DNA from: Toensbergia leucococca
Lineage: Eukaryota
Reading direction: 5' to 3'
Length of the DNA: 64,000 bases
NCBI GenBank assembly: GCA_022813965.1
Contig: JALDZS010000109.1
Coordinates: 1-64,000, forward strand
The position numbers and the translations under genes are program-made. The number at the start of each line of letters is the position of its first letter. Position 1 is the stretch's first letter. Below, piece after piece: positions 22,724 through 36,314 of the stretch. The notes under the pieces were generated by a model. The model worked only from the letters and a program-made list of their open reading frames with translations, made no database searches and was not told the origin of the DNA.

Positions 22724-23837
22724 ATGCCGCCCTTCATCCCGCGCCCCACATTCCCAACCCTCCCCTCTCTCCCGCGCTCCTACTTCCTCGGCCACCACCG
22801 CGCCGGCCTCACAAAAATGAAGACCATGCTTTCCAGCATCGACCTGGTCATCGAATGCCGCGACTATCGCCTGCCGCTCACATCGCGAAACCCGCTGTTT
22901 GAGGAAACTCTTGCGGGCAGGAAGAGACTGGTTGTTTATACGAAGCAAGACCTTGGCAGTATGAACACTAGGGAAGATGAAATCGTATGCGCCCCCCTCA
23001 TAAACAAGCTTCGTCCCCCCTCCTTCCCAAAAAAGAAAATGGAAAGCAAACTAACGAACCCTCTTTCCCCTCCCCCAGCGCGAATCCCTCCTAATCACTC
23101 ACCACGCCCCCGACCCAACCCTCTTCTCCTCCCCCCACGGCCCCTCAACACCCCAACTTCTCACTCACCTTCGCGCCCACTCCCGTACCCTTGCCTCCCT
23201 CACTGGCTCCCGCATCCTAATAGTCGGCATGCCCAACGTCGGCAAATCCACCCTCCTCAACGCCCTGCGCGCCCACTCCCTGCACCTAGGCAAAGCAGCT
23301 TCCACCGGCGCCCAACCAGGCATCACCCGCAAAATCGGCACCGCGGTCAAAATTATCGCTGCCGATGCCGCTGACGGCGATAATGGCGGGAGTGTGTATT
23401 TGATGGATACGCCCGGCGTATTCGTGCCGTATGTGCGCGAGGGGGAGAGTATGCTTAAGTTGGCGCTCTGTACGTGCGTCAAGGATACGGTTGTGCAGCC
23501 GACGACGCTGGCGGATTATTTACTTTTTCGCTTGAATCTATATAATCCCGATGTCTACGCCGCCTACGCGGCTCCGACGAACGATGTCATGGTTTTCTTG
23601 GAGGGTGTGGCGCGCAAGACCGGGCGGTTGAGGAAAGGAGGAGAGGCGGATTTTGAGGGGGCGGCGCTGTGGGTTGTGCAGCGGTGGAGGGGGGGTGCGT
23701 TGGGGAGATTTGTACTTGATGCTGTTGGGGTGGATGTGGAGGGGATGAAGGAGGTTGGGGGCAGTTTGAGCCAGGCGAGGAGGGCGCAGAGGGAGTGGCG
23801 GAGGCTGAAGGCGAAGACGAGGAAGGTGGAGGCGTGA
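22724..23837 (+). CDS. MTG1: Mitochondrial circularly permuted GTPase Mtg1 (RbgA/YlqF family); intron ~22986..23079
   Basis: YFLGHH, IECRDYRLPLTSRNP, G4 TKQD preceding G1 GMPNVGKS, G2 PGITR, G3 DTPG. Confidence 0.93.
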
Positions 23838-24988
23838 GTGTATCGGGATAAGGGGAATGCTGGTTCCCTAAGATCGGGGTGATCAAGGCATTGTTTGGAG
23901 GTGTAGCTGGAGATTGGAATTTGGGTCTACGATTCGCCCAAATGGGATCATGGAGCTAGAGGCAATTGTATCAAAGCGAATCAGAAGCAGGAATGACGCT
24001 AAAGACCGGGACAGCGACGAAGGGGGGGAAAAAACAGAACATTGCACATCAGATCAGAAAAAAAAGGACGTTTTCATCATCTAAATATCCCCCAAACTCA
24101 AATCCAAACCCCCCAGCGTCCAAGTCACTCACCAAATCAACCCACTCCACTCCACCCCCCCCTTGGGCTCAAAAAATAAACAACATCTCCAACCCTACCG
24201 CCAAAAAAAACCCCCAGCATACACTCCACTCCACCCCTCCACCCCCATCCCCCCTTATAAAAAAACCCCCCTCACATTCCCAGCCTTTTTTTTTATCAAA
24301 TTCCCGAATGCAGCAACCCCCTATACCATCCTTTTGGCGGGGGAGTGGGCTTCGCGGGCTTTGTCACGACCCGCATTCGCCACTCTTTGGGTTTGGTTTC
24401 CAGGGGGGGGGTGGATTGATGGGGAATGAATTGGGATGGGGGAGGATGGATTGGGGTCAAGTCCGCTTCTCTATGAGCTGTTTTGTGATTGTGATTTTGC
24501 ATTGGTTTGCGTTTTTTTCGGGTGCCTGCCAAACCTCCACCACCGCCACATCTCCACCCCTCCTAGGTAGATAACGAGGTGCGCGCTCGGAACCTGGCTT
24601 CTTGTTGCGTGCGCTCATGGTCAAGATGCGTTTCCATCCATCTCAAAGCATCCAAAACTAGAGTGAGATGAGCTATATATATTTTCATAGCGATGCTACG
24701 ATGGGTTCTGTGCCTTTAGACGTGTGCGCACGAGATGAGATGATATTGTCACTATGAACACCAAGCAAAAAGGGCAAAAAAAGCACGTATCACATTTGCA
24801 TCACCTCAATTCGACACCGGGCGTGGCAGTCAACCAAGCCAAGCAGCGATCACATGGCAAGGGAAAAATTCCTCGAGTTGGTTCGCAGACAAAAAAAGGG
24901 AGCGGTAGGGTTGTAACATCCATCAACCCCCAACCGCAAAAGTCCCCTTTTCCCCCAAATACTTCCTCGCCCCTCCTCTCCATCCAAC

Positions 24989-27049
24989 TCACATCCTCCA
25001 AATCCCCCACCTCCCCCCAACACCAACCCTCTCCTCCCCTCCGCTCCCCACAACAGCTCCCAGCGCCCTCCCCAACACGCCCCTCGTCCCGGCCGGCGTC
25101 AAAACCCCATCATCCCACAACCTCGCCGACGAAAACGTCGCCTCGCTCTCGCGCTCGATGCGCGCCTGGAGCAGGGGATCGGCTTTTTTGCCGACGGTTT
25201 CCATGACTGCGCTCAGTTGGGCGGGGCCCATGACGCTGATGCGGGCGGAGGGCCACATCCAGAGGAAGCGAGGGGAGAAGGCGCGACCGCTGTTTCGAAA
25301 AGAAAGGGGTTGGGGTTAATACATGGTTCTTTTGGTCTATAGAGGGAACAAAGAGGTTTAGTAAAGTAAAACTCACCACATGCCATAATTGCCTGCGCCG
25401 GCACTGGCGCCGAAAACAACTGTGAATTTGGGGACATCGGCACAAGCGACAGCGTTGACCAGTTTGGCGCCATCTTTGGCGATGCCGCCGGCTTCTGCGG
25501 CGGCGCCGACCATGAACCCGGAGATGTTTTGGAGAAAGAGGAGGGGGATGTGACGGTTGGAGCAGAGTTGGATGAAGTGGGCTGCTTTAAGGGAGGAGGG
25601 GGTTTGAAGGATGCCGGCCGAGGCGACGATGCCAATGCGGTGATTGTGGATGCGCGCGAAGCCTTGTTTGTTAGGCGTTAATTGCATACGTAGGGAGGGA
25701 TGAATGGGGTCTGTGTGGGATTACCGGTGACGATTGTTGTACCGTAGTCTTTCTTAAACTCGGCAAATTCGCTGCCGTCGACTAGGCGGGCTATAACTTC
25801 GTAAACGGGGATGGGTTTGCGGAGATTGGTGCCTACGATTCCGGCTAGTTCTTCTGGGTCATAGAGGGGTTCTTTGAAGGCAACAGTCGGAGATGGAATT
25901 TGTGGCCAATTCAGGTTGCTGACGGAGCGCCGCGCCAGGACTAGAGCATGGGCGTCGTCGACGGCAAGGTAGTCTGTTACGCCAGAGGTAGAGCTGTGCA
26001 ACTTTCCCCCGCCGAGATCTTCTGCCGTGACGATTTCTCCCGTGGCGGCTTTGACTAGGGGTGGACCAGCGAGGAAGATGGTGCCTTGGTTTTCTACAAT
26101 GATTGATTCATCGGACATGGCTGGGACGTAGGCACCGCCGGCGGTGCAGGGACCCATGACGACGGAGATTTGGGGAATGCCCATGGAGCTCACTAAATAA
26201 GTTAAATCTAGGATAGTACAGAGAAGTTGAGAAATGTACTTCTTGCTTGATTGTAGAAGATGCGGCCGAAATGTTCTCTGTCGGGAAATACATCTGCTTG
26301 GTGGGGTAGGTTTGCTCCGCCGGAGTCAACGAGGTAGATACAGGGTAGGCCTGGAGACTTCAGCATCAGGCTGTCTTATGTTCGATAGATGACATTGCTA
26401 CGGTTTTCTTGAGCTATGGCTTGGGCTCGTAGGTGCTTCTTTACAGTTATGGGGTAGTATGTGCCTCCTTTGACCCTGGAATAATAATGAGCCTTTCCAA
26501 TTTGAGTTTATAAGACAGAAAGACCTACGTGCTATCGTTGGCCACAATCATGCATGATACGCCTTGGATAGTACCAATCCCTGTGATGATGCCACCAGCT
26601 GGTACGTCTTCGCCCGGGTACAATTCATGCCCCGCAAGAGCAGATAGTTCAAGAAAGAAAGTTCCAGGGTCAATCAGTGCTGTGACGCGACTGCCAATTT
26701 TTGTGCATTAGCGAGAAGAAGTGGCCTCAATTCCAAAGCCATACTCGCGTGGTAGCATCTTCCCCCGAGCTATGTGCTTCTCTCTAGCCTTTGGTGGTCC
26801 TCCTTCCTCGATCTTCTGGTGCAATTTACGCATTTTTGCCACGACCTCTCCCATCTGATGTGCATTTTCCTTGTACTCTGCCGAAGAGACATCGACATTG
26901 GTAGGTAACACCGACAATGCAGACGCATGGTGGCTGTAGGTATGTGTTGCTATTGAGCGGCTACATCGTTGGTAGCATGGAATTGATACGGAGATTTGGC
27001 ACCGAGGGAATCTTGAAGCTACAGAGCCAATACGCGCAGCGGATGTCAT
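24989..27049 (-). CDS. mccB: 3-methylcrotonyl-CoA carboxylase beta subunit (multi-exon)
   Basis: [65 protein letters not shown], terminal GIWRM; presequence-like N-terminus. Confidence 0.95.
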
Positions 27050-27249
27050 GCTGGATGCATTCTGCAATGATGCTCGAAGTAGTGAGTAGCTCGAAGAGGT
27101 CGTTGTCGACCGATGTAGTTCATAAGGTTAAAAATAGCCGACTTCAACCGCCCTCGTCCGCCTCGACCTTTCTTGAACTCAGACCTAACCATCACCAATC
27201 CTCAAATCGCTACATATCCCTCAAGACTACCCTCATCAAATCCATAATC

Positions 27250-28110
27250 ATGGTACAATCCCCACTCCCCTCCTTCCTCCCCTCCACCCACTAACCCCAT
27301 TCCTCCATCCCAGGCCCGTAACTCCGAAAAAGCGCAATCAATGCTCTTTCGCTTCCGCGCCCAACAAGCCGCCGACCTCGGAATAATAGACGCAGGCCGC
27401 ACCCGCCGCCCAAAGCTCATCACAGAAGTAACCTCGATCCCGTCCTGCGAAAAATGGCGCGGCCAGGTCCTCAAGGAGATATCGCGCAAAGTGTCCAAGA
27501 TCCAGGATCAGAGCATGAGCGATTTTCAGATACGGGACTTGAACGATGAGATCAATCGAGCGATGAGGGAGAAACATATGTGGGAGGTGCAGATACGAAG
27601 TTTGGGTGGGCCGAATTATATGAGAGGTGGTGGGAGGGTGTATGATGATGAGGGGAAGGAGATTCCGGGAGGAGGGAAGGGATATAGGTTGGTTTTTCCT
27701 GTGGTGAAAGGGGTTCTTCCTTTAAGGAGCTGAGGCACTGATGTGTTTATAGATATTTTGGGAGGGCGAGGGAGTTACCAGGGGTCAAAGAAATGTTCGA
27801 GTCCACGAAACCAAAGGCGACAGAGAAACCACTTGAATCGAGAGCAGATTTACGGAAGCAGGTGGATGCTTCGTACTATGGGTATAATCTTGACGAAGAA
27901 GATGGGACACTACTGGCCTATGAGGCGGCGAAAGAGAAAGAGGCGTTTGAGAATCTCCTGAAAAGTGGCGACGGAAAGACGGACCCTAATTGGGAGCCTT
28001 TACCTGGAGATGCTGGTGACGGGAATGGCTGGCGGCTACCAACAAGTGAAGAGGTCCAAGAAGAGCTTGTGGATAGACGAAGGCGGCGATTACTTGATAA
28101 ATTGGGCTAA
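27250..28110 (+). CDS. ISY1: Spliceosome NTC component Isy1; introns 27253..27313 and ~27689..27772
   Basis: ATG-only first exon, then ARNSEKAQSMLFRFR, IRDLNDEINR..REK, LGGPNY, GYRYFGRARELPGVKE. Confidence 0.96.
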
Positions 28111-28227
28111 TTCGAGTCGAACGACCTCGATGTATTCGTTTCCCTTTATGGGCAGAATTGCTCTGATTAATATCTTCTATGGTTATTTCCTTCATTGATT
28201 ATCCACCACCTTGATTTCCAGCCCGAT

Positions 28228-29265
28228 CTACAGGATCGTACATCTCTGCGGTTCCCTTCTTCTCCTTGGCGCCCTCCCATTTCCTCTTCGTCGAACGGGT
28301 CTATCCCTCCTCCTATCCAAACGCTCCAAATCTCTGACTTGGGCAATGGCGTCTGATTTGCGGATGATCTGCCTGCAGAGATCCACGAAAGCCTCATTCA
28401 CATTCGCTCTTCTCTTTGCCGACGTCTCATAATAAGGGGCATTACCCCAACTCTGGGAGACGGAAAAAGCCTTGCCCCGCGACACGGCCCGATCTTCTTC
28501 CAGATCGGATTTGTTACCGACAATCACGAGAGGGACGTGAGGGTCATCCTTTATGCGGACGATCTGCTCACGTAATTCGTGGAGTTCGTGAAGGGAACTG
28601 AGGGAGGTGATGGAGAAAACGAGAAGAAATCCTTGACCAGATTTCATGTAAAGCTCTCTAAGCGGGTGAGGAGATTAGTCGAGCGAGAGAGGTGGGATAT
28701 TGCCAGGAATGAATTAGGGAGATACCTCATCGCGGCTAGATTGTGGGTGGGAAAGATTAGTCAGATCATTACAGGAGATGATTGTATGCGTACTGAATTG
28801 CTCTGTCCCAGCGGTGTCTAATCTGGAGGCTTGTCAGCTTAGCCTTATCTCGTCTAGTCCAGATACTGTACATTTCTAATATACATTGACGCCCCTAATC
28901 ATTGTTAACAACAGCCTAGAGCACAGCTCTTCTAACCCGCCACTCACATCTACTTCGATTTGTTTCCTGTAAGAGTCCTCGATGGTGGGGTCGTAGCTTT
29001 CTATCCAAACATTCTGTACAAATTGGGCTGAGAGTCATGATCAGTGGCTGCCGATTCCAAGCCAAGTATTCCGAGGGCGCACCAGTGAGACAACTTTTAC
29101 CAACGCCACCTAAGATGATTTCGTGTGAGCTACAGCAGCGTACAACGAAGGTCCACAGGGCAGCTCACCAGCGCCCAAGACAACAATATGGTATTCCCTT
29201 CTAATTTCGGGTGTCAGCAGTGCTCAAAAATGTTGACTTGAATGTGATACACACCGCTGTGACAT
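28228..29265 (-). CDS. RSR1: Ras-family GTPase Rsr1/Bud1 (Rap1/Krev-1-like), 8 exons
   Basis: Spliced [42 protein letters not shown] (Rap-type Thr at the Q61 position), GNKSD, ETSAK, CAAX CTIL. Confidence 0.95.
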
Positions 29266-29361
29266 TATAGTTGCGTAGTAGGTAGTGCAGTTCTTGTGCT
29301 ATAGTGATTTGGCTTTGGCAAGAGATGTGGGGCAGGAGGACTTTGTGGTTGTGTCTCAGCG

Positions 29362-29397
29362 ATGGGTACTATGGGTACTATGAGTACTATGGGTACT
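29362..29397. repeat. 9-bp tandem repeat (ATGGGTACT)x4, one variant unit
   Basis: atgggtact atgggtact atgagtact atgggtact directly upstream of the RSR1 start. Confidence 0.85.
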
Positions 29398-30204
29398 TGC
29401 ATCTGGGTTGCATGGGTCATCTGCTGTGTAAGGAAATTGGAGATTGGATGTCGAGGATGTGAGTGGTGGTGGTTATAGCCGCCATTAATATTGCGTGGAG
29501 AAGGAATTTGGATCGTCGAGTACAGTAGTCGCAGTCGGCGTCTGAAGAGATTCCAGGCCTTCGGAGCCGAGAAACTAGAGCAGAGTACGGTACGGAACTT
29601 GGTCCTCGGTCCTCTATCGACAAACAACACGATTCAAGCTACCTGTCTCCTGTTCACTCTCAATGTCGTCGTCTTCCATTTTTCTCCATTGCCTTTGGTC
29701 ACAGCTCATAGGCAGAAGTCTTCTATCGACTGCAGTGCCTACATGAATGTGTACTATGTATCACGCACTGCTACAAGTATTGGCTCCACGTCCCTTGTAT
29801 TCTGAGTAGTCTTGTTCGTGGTGCAGTTGGTCCTGCATCGCCAATCGGAGCCAAGCCGAAAGCAAAAGCTGGAGACGTCTACTCCGTGAGAAAAACTACA
29901 ACACGGTCATAGTAATGCCTCCTCCACATGCAAGAAATCATATATTCTGGCGAATCAGAACCACTTCCAGGTGAGTCTTACCTACTCCCGGGAAACAATC
30001 TCTAGGTAGGTACAAGTCGATAGTTCAAAGCATCTAGGACTTAAAAAATAAGTAGCGGTATTGAAAGTAATGATTAGGACCATACTCTCATTTCATCCAT
30101 TTAAAGAAGACATTTATCAGTCCGAATTCTTGCTTCACTGAGCAACTTTGTGGGTGTTACTAAACATGTCTTCAAGTGCAAGTCCTCTGCATGAGCATTC
30201 CGTC

Positions 30205-31597
30205 ATGCCACTTACCTTCGACACCCTACCTACCTAATGAAATAATCGTCAACGTCATAAACAAGATAGGAGAGACAAAAGCTCTGTCACCTTGCTCGCT
30301 GCTCCCACCAATTTTATGGCCTTACTCTACTAAGCCTGTACTTCCATCTCGAAGTGCATGGCAGTCGATGATCACCTCTTCGTCTGACAGGAAACTCATT
30401 ACTCATCCATGCCACAAGTCTCATACTTAGGAAGCCCTACATTACTGCTTATGTACGGTGCTTTGCAATGACTTATCGGCTGACTGATTATTGGGGTGAT
30501 TATCCTGCGTTCAGCAGTGGTCTTGTCAGGGAAGTCTTCAGAGCCGCAGTCAAGGCATTAAGCCACTCTCCATACGAGGAGATTAAGTGGATGGAAGACC
30601 TGGAAAGCAGTTTTCAGGATGCCTTCCTCGCCTTGTTGCTTCCCGCCCTAGTTCGTCTAAAGCGCTTAGATTTGTCGGATAATTCATTCTCCCGCCGCTG
30701 CATAAGGATGTTGCGCAGAGCTATATGTAAGGAGAAGCCCTTTGATTCTCATTCGGCTTTCAATGCTCTTACCGAAGTCACCATCACATGCAATACGGAG
30801 TTGTCCGCCTTGTCATATCGCTCATTTCCCTTCTCTTTCCAATTTCCTTCGATCCGTGGAATCTGCTAACATTTCCATAAGAAGGATAAGTCTAAACAGA
30901 GCTTAAGCTTGGCTTCGCTCAAATTAGGCACATCATCACTTATTTACGAAGAGTTAAAAGCATTGTGCAATCAATCCGCAAGATATCACAAATATGGTTG
31001 CTTCGTGCAAAATTCTCCGGATTTTTTACATGTTTATTGATATATCCTCCTATGCGCAGCATGCCTTTGAGCACAGCAGAACTACGCAAAGCTATCGCAT
31101 CCGCAGAAAATAGCCTTGAGTCATTGATTCTTGACTGTGACAATCATTCAGTTTTAACAGGAATTGGTCATCATCTAATAGGGGAAACACTATTGACAGA
31201 CTCCCGCAATCGGGCTTTTTTCAAAATTATCGAACAGATGAAATCCACGATATGTCAGCCTTCGGCTCTTTATCTGGCTTCAAATCTCTCAAGTACTTCA
31301 GAGTCGCAGTGTCGATGTTCTTTGGCGGAGAGATGGACAGCTGGGAACTCAGCAATAACGTTGTTGGGAATAACAAATGACATTCAGAAATATCACTTCG
31401 TACTAAGCTTAAATAAAGTCATCTTCAAAGAGTTGGATCACGCCGACGGACCGGAAGTCGATTATTTGCACTTGGAGTACTTGGCTAGAACAGCAGGGGT
31501 TTGTATACGCAAGCTCGACACGACTGAATCTGTCGTTAGAGGCATTGAGAGACTTGATGGTATACTTGGTCTTACATCCTGGACACCCAGTGGCTGA
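30205..31597 (+). pseudogene. F-box/LRR-type protein pseudogene
   Basis: MPLTFDTLP then a CTAC duplication shifting into LPNEIIVNVINKI (F-box-like); later fragments LALLLPALVRLKRLDL and LESLILD sit in different frames, separated by stops without clear intron signals. Confidence 0.65.
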
Positions 31598-32187
31598 GGG
31601 TATAACAGTGCTAAAGTATCGAGCGTAGATGAGTGGCTATTCACATATATCTTCGGCTTAAACCACAAGAGAGCAAATGTTCAGCATTTTTGAAACATAT
31701 AGAGGGAACTTGTGCTACAACTTGGTCTGGTGATCCAGGGTTCCGATCCCTAGAGCTTAACGAGCCACATATATGGTTTCCACCTGCATATAAGTAGCTC
31801 TTCATGGGCAGGTAGCCATGACTTATTGCTTTCTAGATATTGAGTTTCATTCCGTCAGTCCCTAAGTATATAAAGTTGAAGTTCTCCATCTATTCATTTC
31901 ATTCTTGGCCTTCACCTTCAATTTCCTCCACTGGGAGGTACTTTCACAATGTCGCCTTTGCTGCTGTTTTAATTGCTAGAAGGTGACGGGTCTTGTGTTC
32001 TGAGCATGATGATGAATTTTTCGCTCTGCCTAATTGCAAATCCAAGCTTCTACTCAACATTTCTCAGCCTTCAAAACCCGCATCCTCGAGATTGAATTTG
32101 TACCAAATCATCCCTTCCTTTAAGAAACCATCCTTCGGTACAACACTTCTCAGAAAAAAAAACTTTGAGTGCCAATTGACGTGTTCT

Positions 32188-32364
32188 TTACTTACCGCCC
32201 ACCTTTAGTAAATTCTGAGATCCATCATCGCATTTCTTACAATTCAGGTAGACATAGTCATTAGACTCAGTTATAGTGCGACAGAATGGAAAGAGTCTGC
32301 ATTGACAGGATCTTTCCGTCTTGACATGGTCGCATGCATAGAGAGTGGTGACTTTTTCGCACAT
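32188..32364 (-). CDS. Small Cys-rich protein (58 aa), putative metal-binding
   Basis: MCEKVTTLYACDHVKTERSCQC...C...DYVYLNCKKC; good start context (CACCATG); resembles the 36315..36896 product. Confidence 0.6.
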   Translation of the reverse strand: MCEKVTTLYACDHVKTERSCQCRLFPFCRTITESNDYVYLNCKKCDDGSQNLLKVGGK

Positions 32365-32737
32365 GGTGGGATTGAGGAAGGCTGTTCTTGGATTTAGTTT
32401 GTCGTTGTTTGATTCTTCCTGGTTAGAGAAAGCGAAATTGGTGGAGATAAGTGTAGGTGTATGAGTGAGCGAAGAGATGGGTAGGGTGCTAGAGGGCATT
32501 TCTATAGAGATTGGGAATAAAGAACAAGGACTCTGTTGGAGCGCTTTGATGGTGGTGGATAAAGAGAAAGGGATAAAGTCATTGTGAGTACGAAATGTTC
32601 ATCAAAGAACAGCGCATCAAGAACAAAGGAAAGTAAAACAAACAATCTTTTATCGATGATTCTCATCATGGGGTGAGCTCATCTACGTGTACTACTCGAT
32701 TCCCGCGGTTCCTGCCAGCCCTAGTCCTCCGAATATC

Positions 32738-33272
32738 GTGCTCTTCCTCAACGCCCGATCATCGCCATTTTAGCCTCATCACTGATTCTATGAAAATTTG
32801 ATCACCGCTGATCACGGCTATCTGCAACCGGAAAATCGGGCAGCGGAATGCCTTTCCTGAGCGGGAACCAGCGTGTGAATAGCAGACATCTGCAACATCG
32901 GGGACGACTGCTCTTCCTCACCGCTCCATGATCGCCATATTTGCCTCCTTCCCATCTACGCAGAAGAGTCACCGCCGCTGACCGCGACTATCCACAAAAG
33001 GAAACCAACAGCACTCCCGACAAGTTGAGCGGGAAGTAGCAGTATGTATAGCTGGAAGATAGTCATTGGGGATGAATTCTCTTTCTCGCCGCTCTAAGAT
33101 CTCGATTTCCACTGGCCTTTCCATCTACGCAAACAGCTCTCTTGGGCTGACCGCCAGCGTTTGCATTGCAAAATGAAGCAGGACAGCACTGGCAACACGT
33201 ATTCATCCCAAAGGGTGGAATTAGAACATCATCGCTGAGCAGGAATCCGCAATGTGGATAGCAGGCATATTG
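32738..33272. repeat. Three degenerate ~170-bp tandem units
   Basis: Recurring blocks GCTCTTCCTCA.CGC (~32740, 32911, 33079), CGCTGA.C (~32806, 32976, 33146) and TGAGCRGGAA (~32858, 33026, 33236). Confidence 0.75.
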
Positions 33273-36200
33273 TGACCGACGGACAATGACAGCAAAACTA
33301 GCGCTGAGATCAGCAAGACGTACATGTTCTCAAGCAGAAGTTTACCCTTTTGATATGAACCTGATTCTAGAGAGAAGAGGGAAGCGGTCTAGGTATCTTG
33401 TTGACCATTGAAAAGGATGAAAACGCACGCATACCGCAGTTGCTGATCCGTATTTTTGTTTCATGAGGTATGCATGAATGTTTGTTGTCTGTCTGAGTAG
33501 GTACACCACTAGCCAATCCAGCATGAAAACCTTCGGGGCTTGAATTTGTACGGGATTCTTGACAAGACCCGAAACTCGCTGTTTCAACTGACTGAGGTTT
33601 TCTATTGAACCGCTCAATCGCTCATCCTTCTCTTCTGAATCTCATCCACTATATACTTCCCTGCCTCTACTTTACAATCACAAATATCAAATAAACATAA
33701 TTTTTCTTCTCTCATAAAATATCTTCGGCGTGTCTTCTTTCTTCCAGCTGTGAAGACAGCGAAATCCTCGCCAAGTACGCCCCAAGCCTCCCTTTCAAAC
33801 TCCAACCAGCACATCACTAAGAACAAAACCTAGCTTTTCCCTGATCCGCCGTCTCCACACGTTCAGATCCACCGTCTCCTCCACCCCCTATATTCACCAC
33901 TTCAGTATGACGCTTTGCCTCACCCGCCGCGTCTCAGATACCGCAAAAACCCTCTGAACGACATTCAGCCTCCGTATCACGGGACTTGATACAGCCATCG
34001 CCGGCGGCAGCCAAACCCTCACCCAAGCAGCAGCCATAATCGCTGTAGCGGTGTGCCTCTGAGCCATGGGGTTCCTGAGAGCGCTTTGCTTGCTATGGGA
34101 GCTGTTCGTGTGGCTGATCTCTCTCCCTGAAGTATACTTCTCCCGCCTCGGAAGTCCGGTCAAGAAAATTTACCACGGCTTCTCCGCGAGGAAAACGATG
34201 AGAACACCTAGGCCTTAGACTGTTGATGTATGACAATGAGATGGCGACGACGTACAATCCTGAGGTACCCCAAGCCCTAAGCAATATTCAGCATCCTTCA
34301 AATAGAACGTCAGCTCTTCTTTGTCATATGAAAAGCTGTGTTTTTTTTTCTTTCAACTTTGACTTGTTTTCCATGGGGTTTAATGTGTGTATGTACATAT
34401 ATATACGCAGTGATAAATGCATCGTCAAAGCAACAGATTAGAGTATTTGTAAGTCGCGCTGAACCTTTGATTCAAAGTAGAGAAATAGCTCCGTTTTTGA
34501 CAAAAGCGAAAAGAGATACGCTGTCTCACCATCGTCTGCTCAACGTCACAAACTCCTCTAGCATCATGAGTGCCATCATTGTCAGATGTACTTAACTCTT
34601 TGCCTGATGAATTGACTTTGCCTTGACAAAAAAATAACAAGTAGTGTCGCCCATCGCAAGATTCGACGACTGTCGTCTAGTGACACACTCTGAAAGGAAG
34701 GGAGGGGGACTTTTTTGAAAATAAAAGTCACTTGAGTATGAGACTACGTTGCTGGCCTGTATATCAGAAATGTACAACTTAGCCTCTGCTACTGATGAGG
34801 ATTGAGTGTTGAGACATGATTATTGTATTTATTTTCTTTTATAATGAATGGGGGATGACTATGGTATCAAGGATGAAATGAAGAATATTATTGAGAGGTT
34901 TATCGATCCGAGCTCTCAGTTCAGGCAGGAGATGAATGAATAGCGGGCATTGATGAAGGGCTGAATTCAGAAAAAGATCAGAGAAGCAGTGAGTGCTTGT
35001 TCCTCCCCTCTGAACGGCTCACTCTTCAACAGTCACATCACAGTAGATGCCCTTCAGATAACTTTAAATTGAGGTTATGAATCGCATCAAAGCTCTTGAC
35101 AATGAAGTGAAGAAGGCTGTGACGGAAAGAGAAATCCATCATATGAATGAATTAGGGTATTTTGAGAATAGAACTTATGGAAGAAAGGAGAAGTTTGAAG
35201 AGCGAGAGAAAAGAGCTTTGAAGAGCTAGAGGATAGAAAACTTTAGAGAAGTGAGATATCAGATGCCGCTGCTTTTGGTCGCCGCTTTCGCGTAGTTGAG
35301 GAAATTGAGGAAGATGGAGGATGAGGGGTGAATGTCAGCAGCTACGCACATATTAAACCTCATCACACTATATCTCCTTGATTGAATTTGGGTCACTCAA
35401 TTGATATGGGAGAAGATGCTAGTGATGGTAATGAGATGAAGATAGGCAGACCAATCGAAAAGGCCCTCAAATATCTCGGATGCATGTTATGTACGAGCGG
35501 TAGAGGAGTCGAAAAGGAGAGATTGTTGACGAGAGAGATGTGAAACAAGGGTGTGAGAGCCCATACATATAATATCTCATCTGATAGAAAGAGTCCTAGG
35601 TGGATGGTGCTCATCTCAACCTCCCGCAAATGGTGCAAAAGTGAACGGAGAAGAAGGCGTTCAAAATTGAAAGGAGTCTTGACTCATACCTCAAAGAAGG
35701 ATGCCTGAATATTACGTCACGATGAGATGTATGATGTATCAAGCTGGCTGAACTTTCACCTGTAAGTTCAAATTCAAACTTTCTGCTCTGAGAGACCAGA
35801 AATTGTTCATTGAGAATAATGAGGGCTAGGTATTGAAATACACAGTGGTGAAGTTCTTCTTGAATGTGCTGACCAGCAGGTGAGGCAGGACTTTGACTGA
35901 ATTGAGCACAGTGCTGAGGCGTGAATTATGGTGACCAACTTTCTTTATTTGAGGCGCTTAACTGCTTAAGCTTGAGGTGTTCTTTTGCTCTCTCTGAGCT
36001 ATGATCATTCAATTACAGGTAAATATCCTCAATTTACGGGAAAAATGCTTGATTCACTTACTGATTATTAGACTCTACCACTCACAATTAAATTGATCTC
36101 ACAACGATCAGACCCCCATTGTGTGACTTGTTAAAATCGTACCATGGAAATCTTTGAGAGAGACCAGGCTTGGAATGTTCAATCTATGTGCCTGCTCAAT

Positions 36201-36314
36201 GCAGCAAAAACAAGCAAAACTCCGCGCGGAAAATAACCTTACCTCTCATTCACCACTTCGGCCGCAATGATTTCAACCTAGCCATATTCAACGTCTTCGG
36301 CCTTGAACATAGGT

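Noticed and set aside
23966..25206. Pro/Lys-rich ORFs (202 aa, 150 aa)
   Set aside because: Products of homopolymer-rich, skewed sequence; no domain signal.
31722..31752. A-box/B-box-like pair TGGTCTGGTG..GGTTCCGATCCC
   Set aside because: Too closely spaced and no cloverleaf; not a tRNA.
33600..34300. Fragmented minus-strand coding-like sequence
   Set aside because: Multiple stops and no identifiable family.
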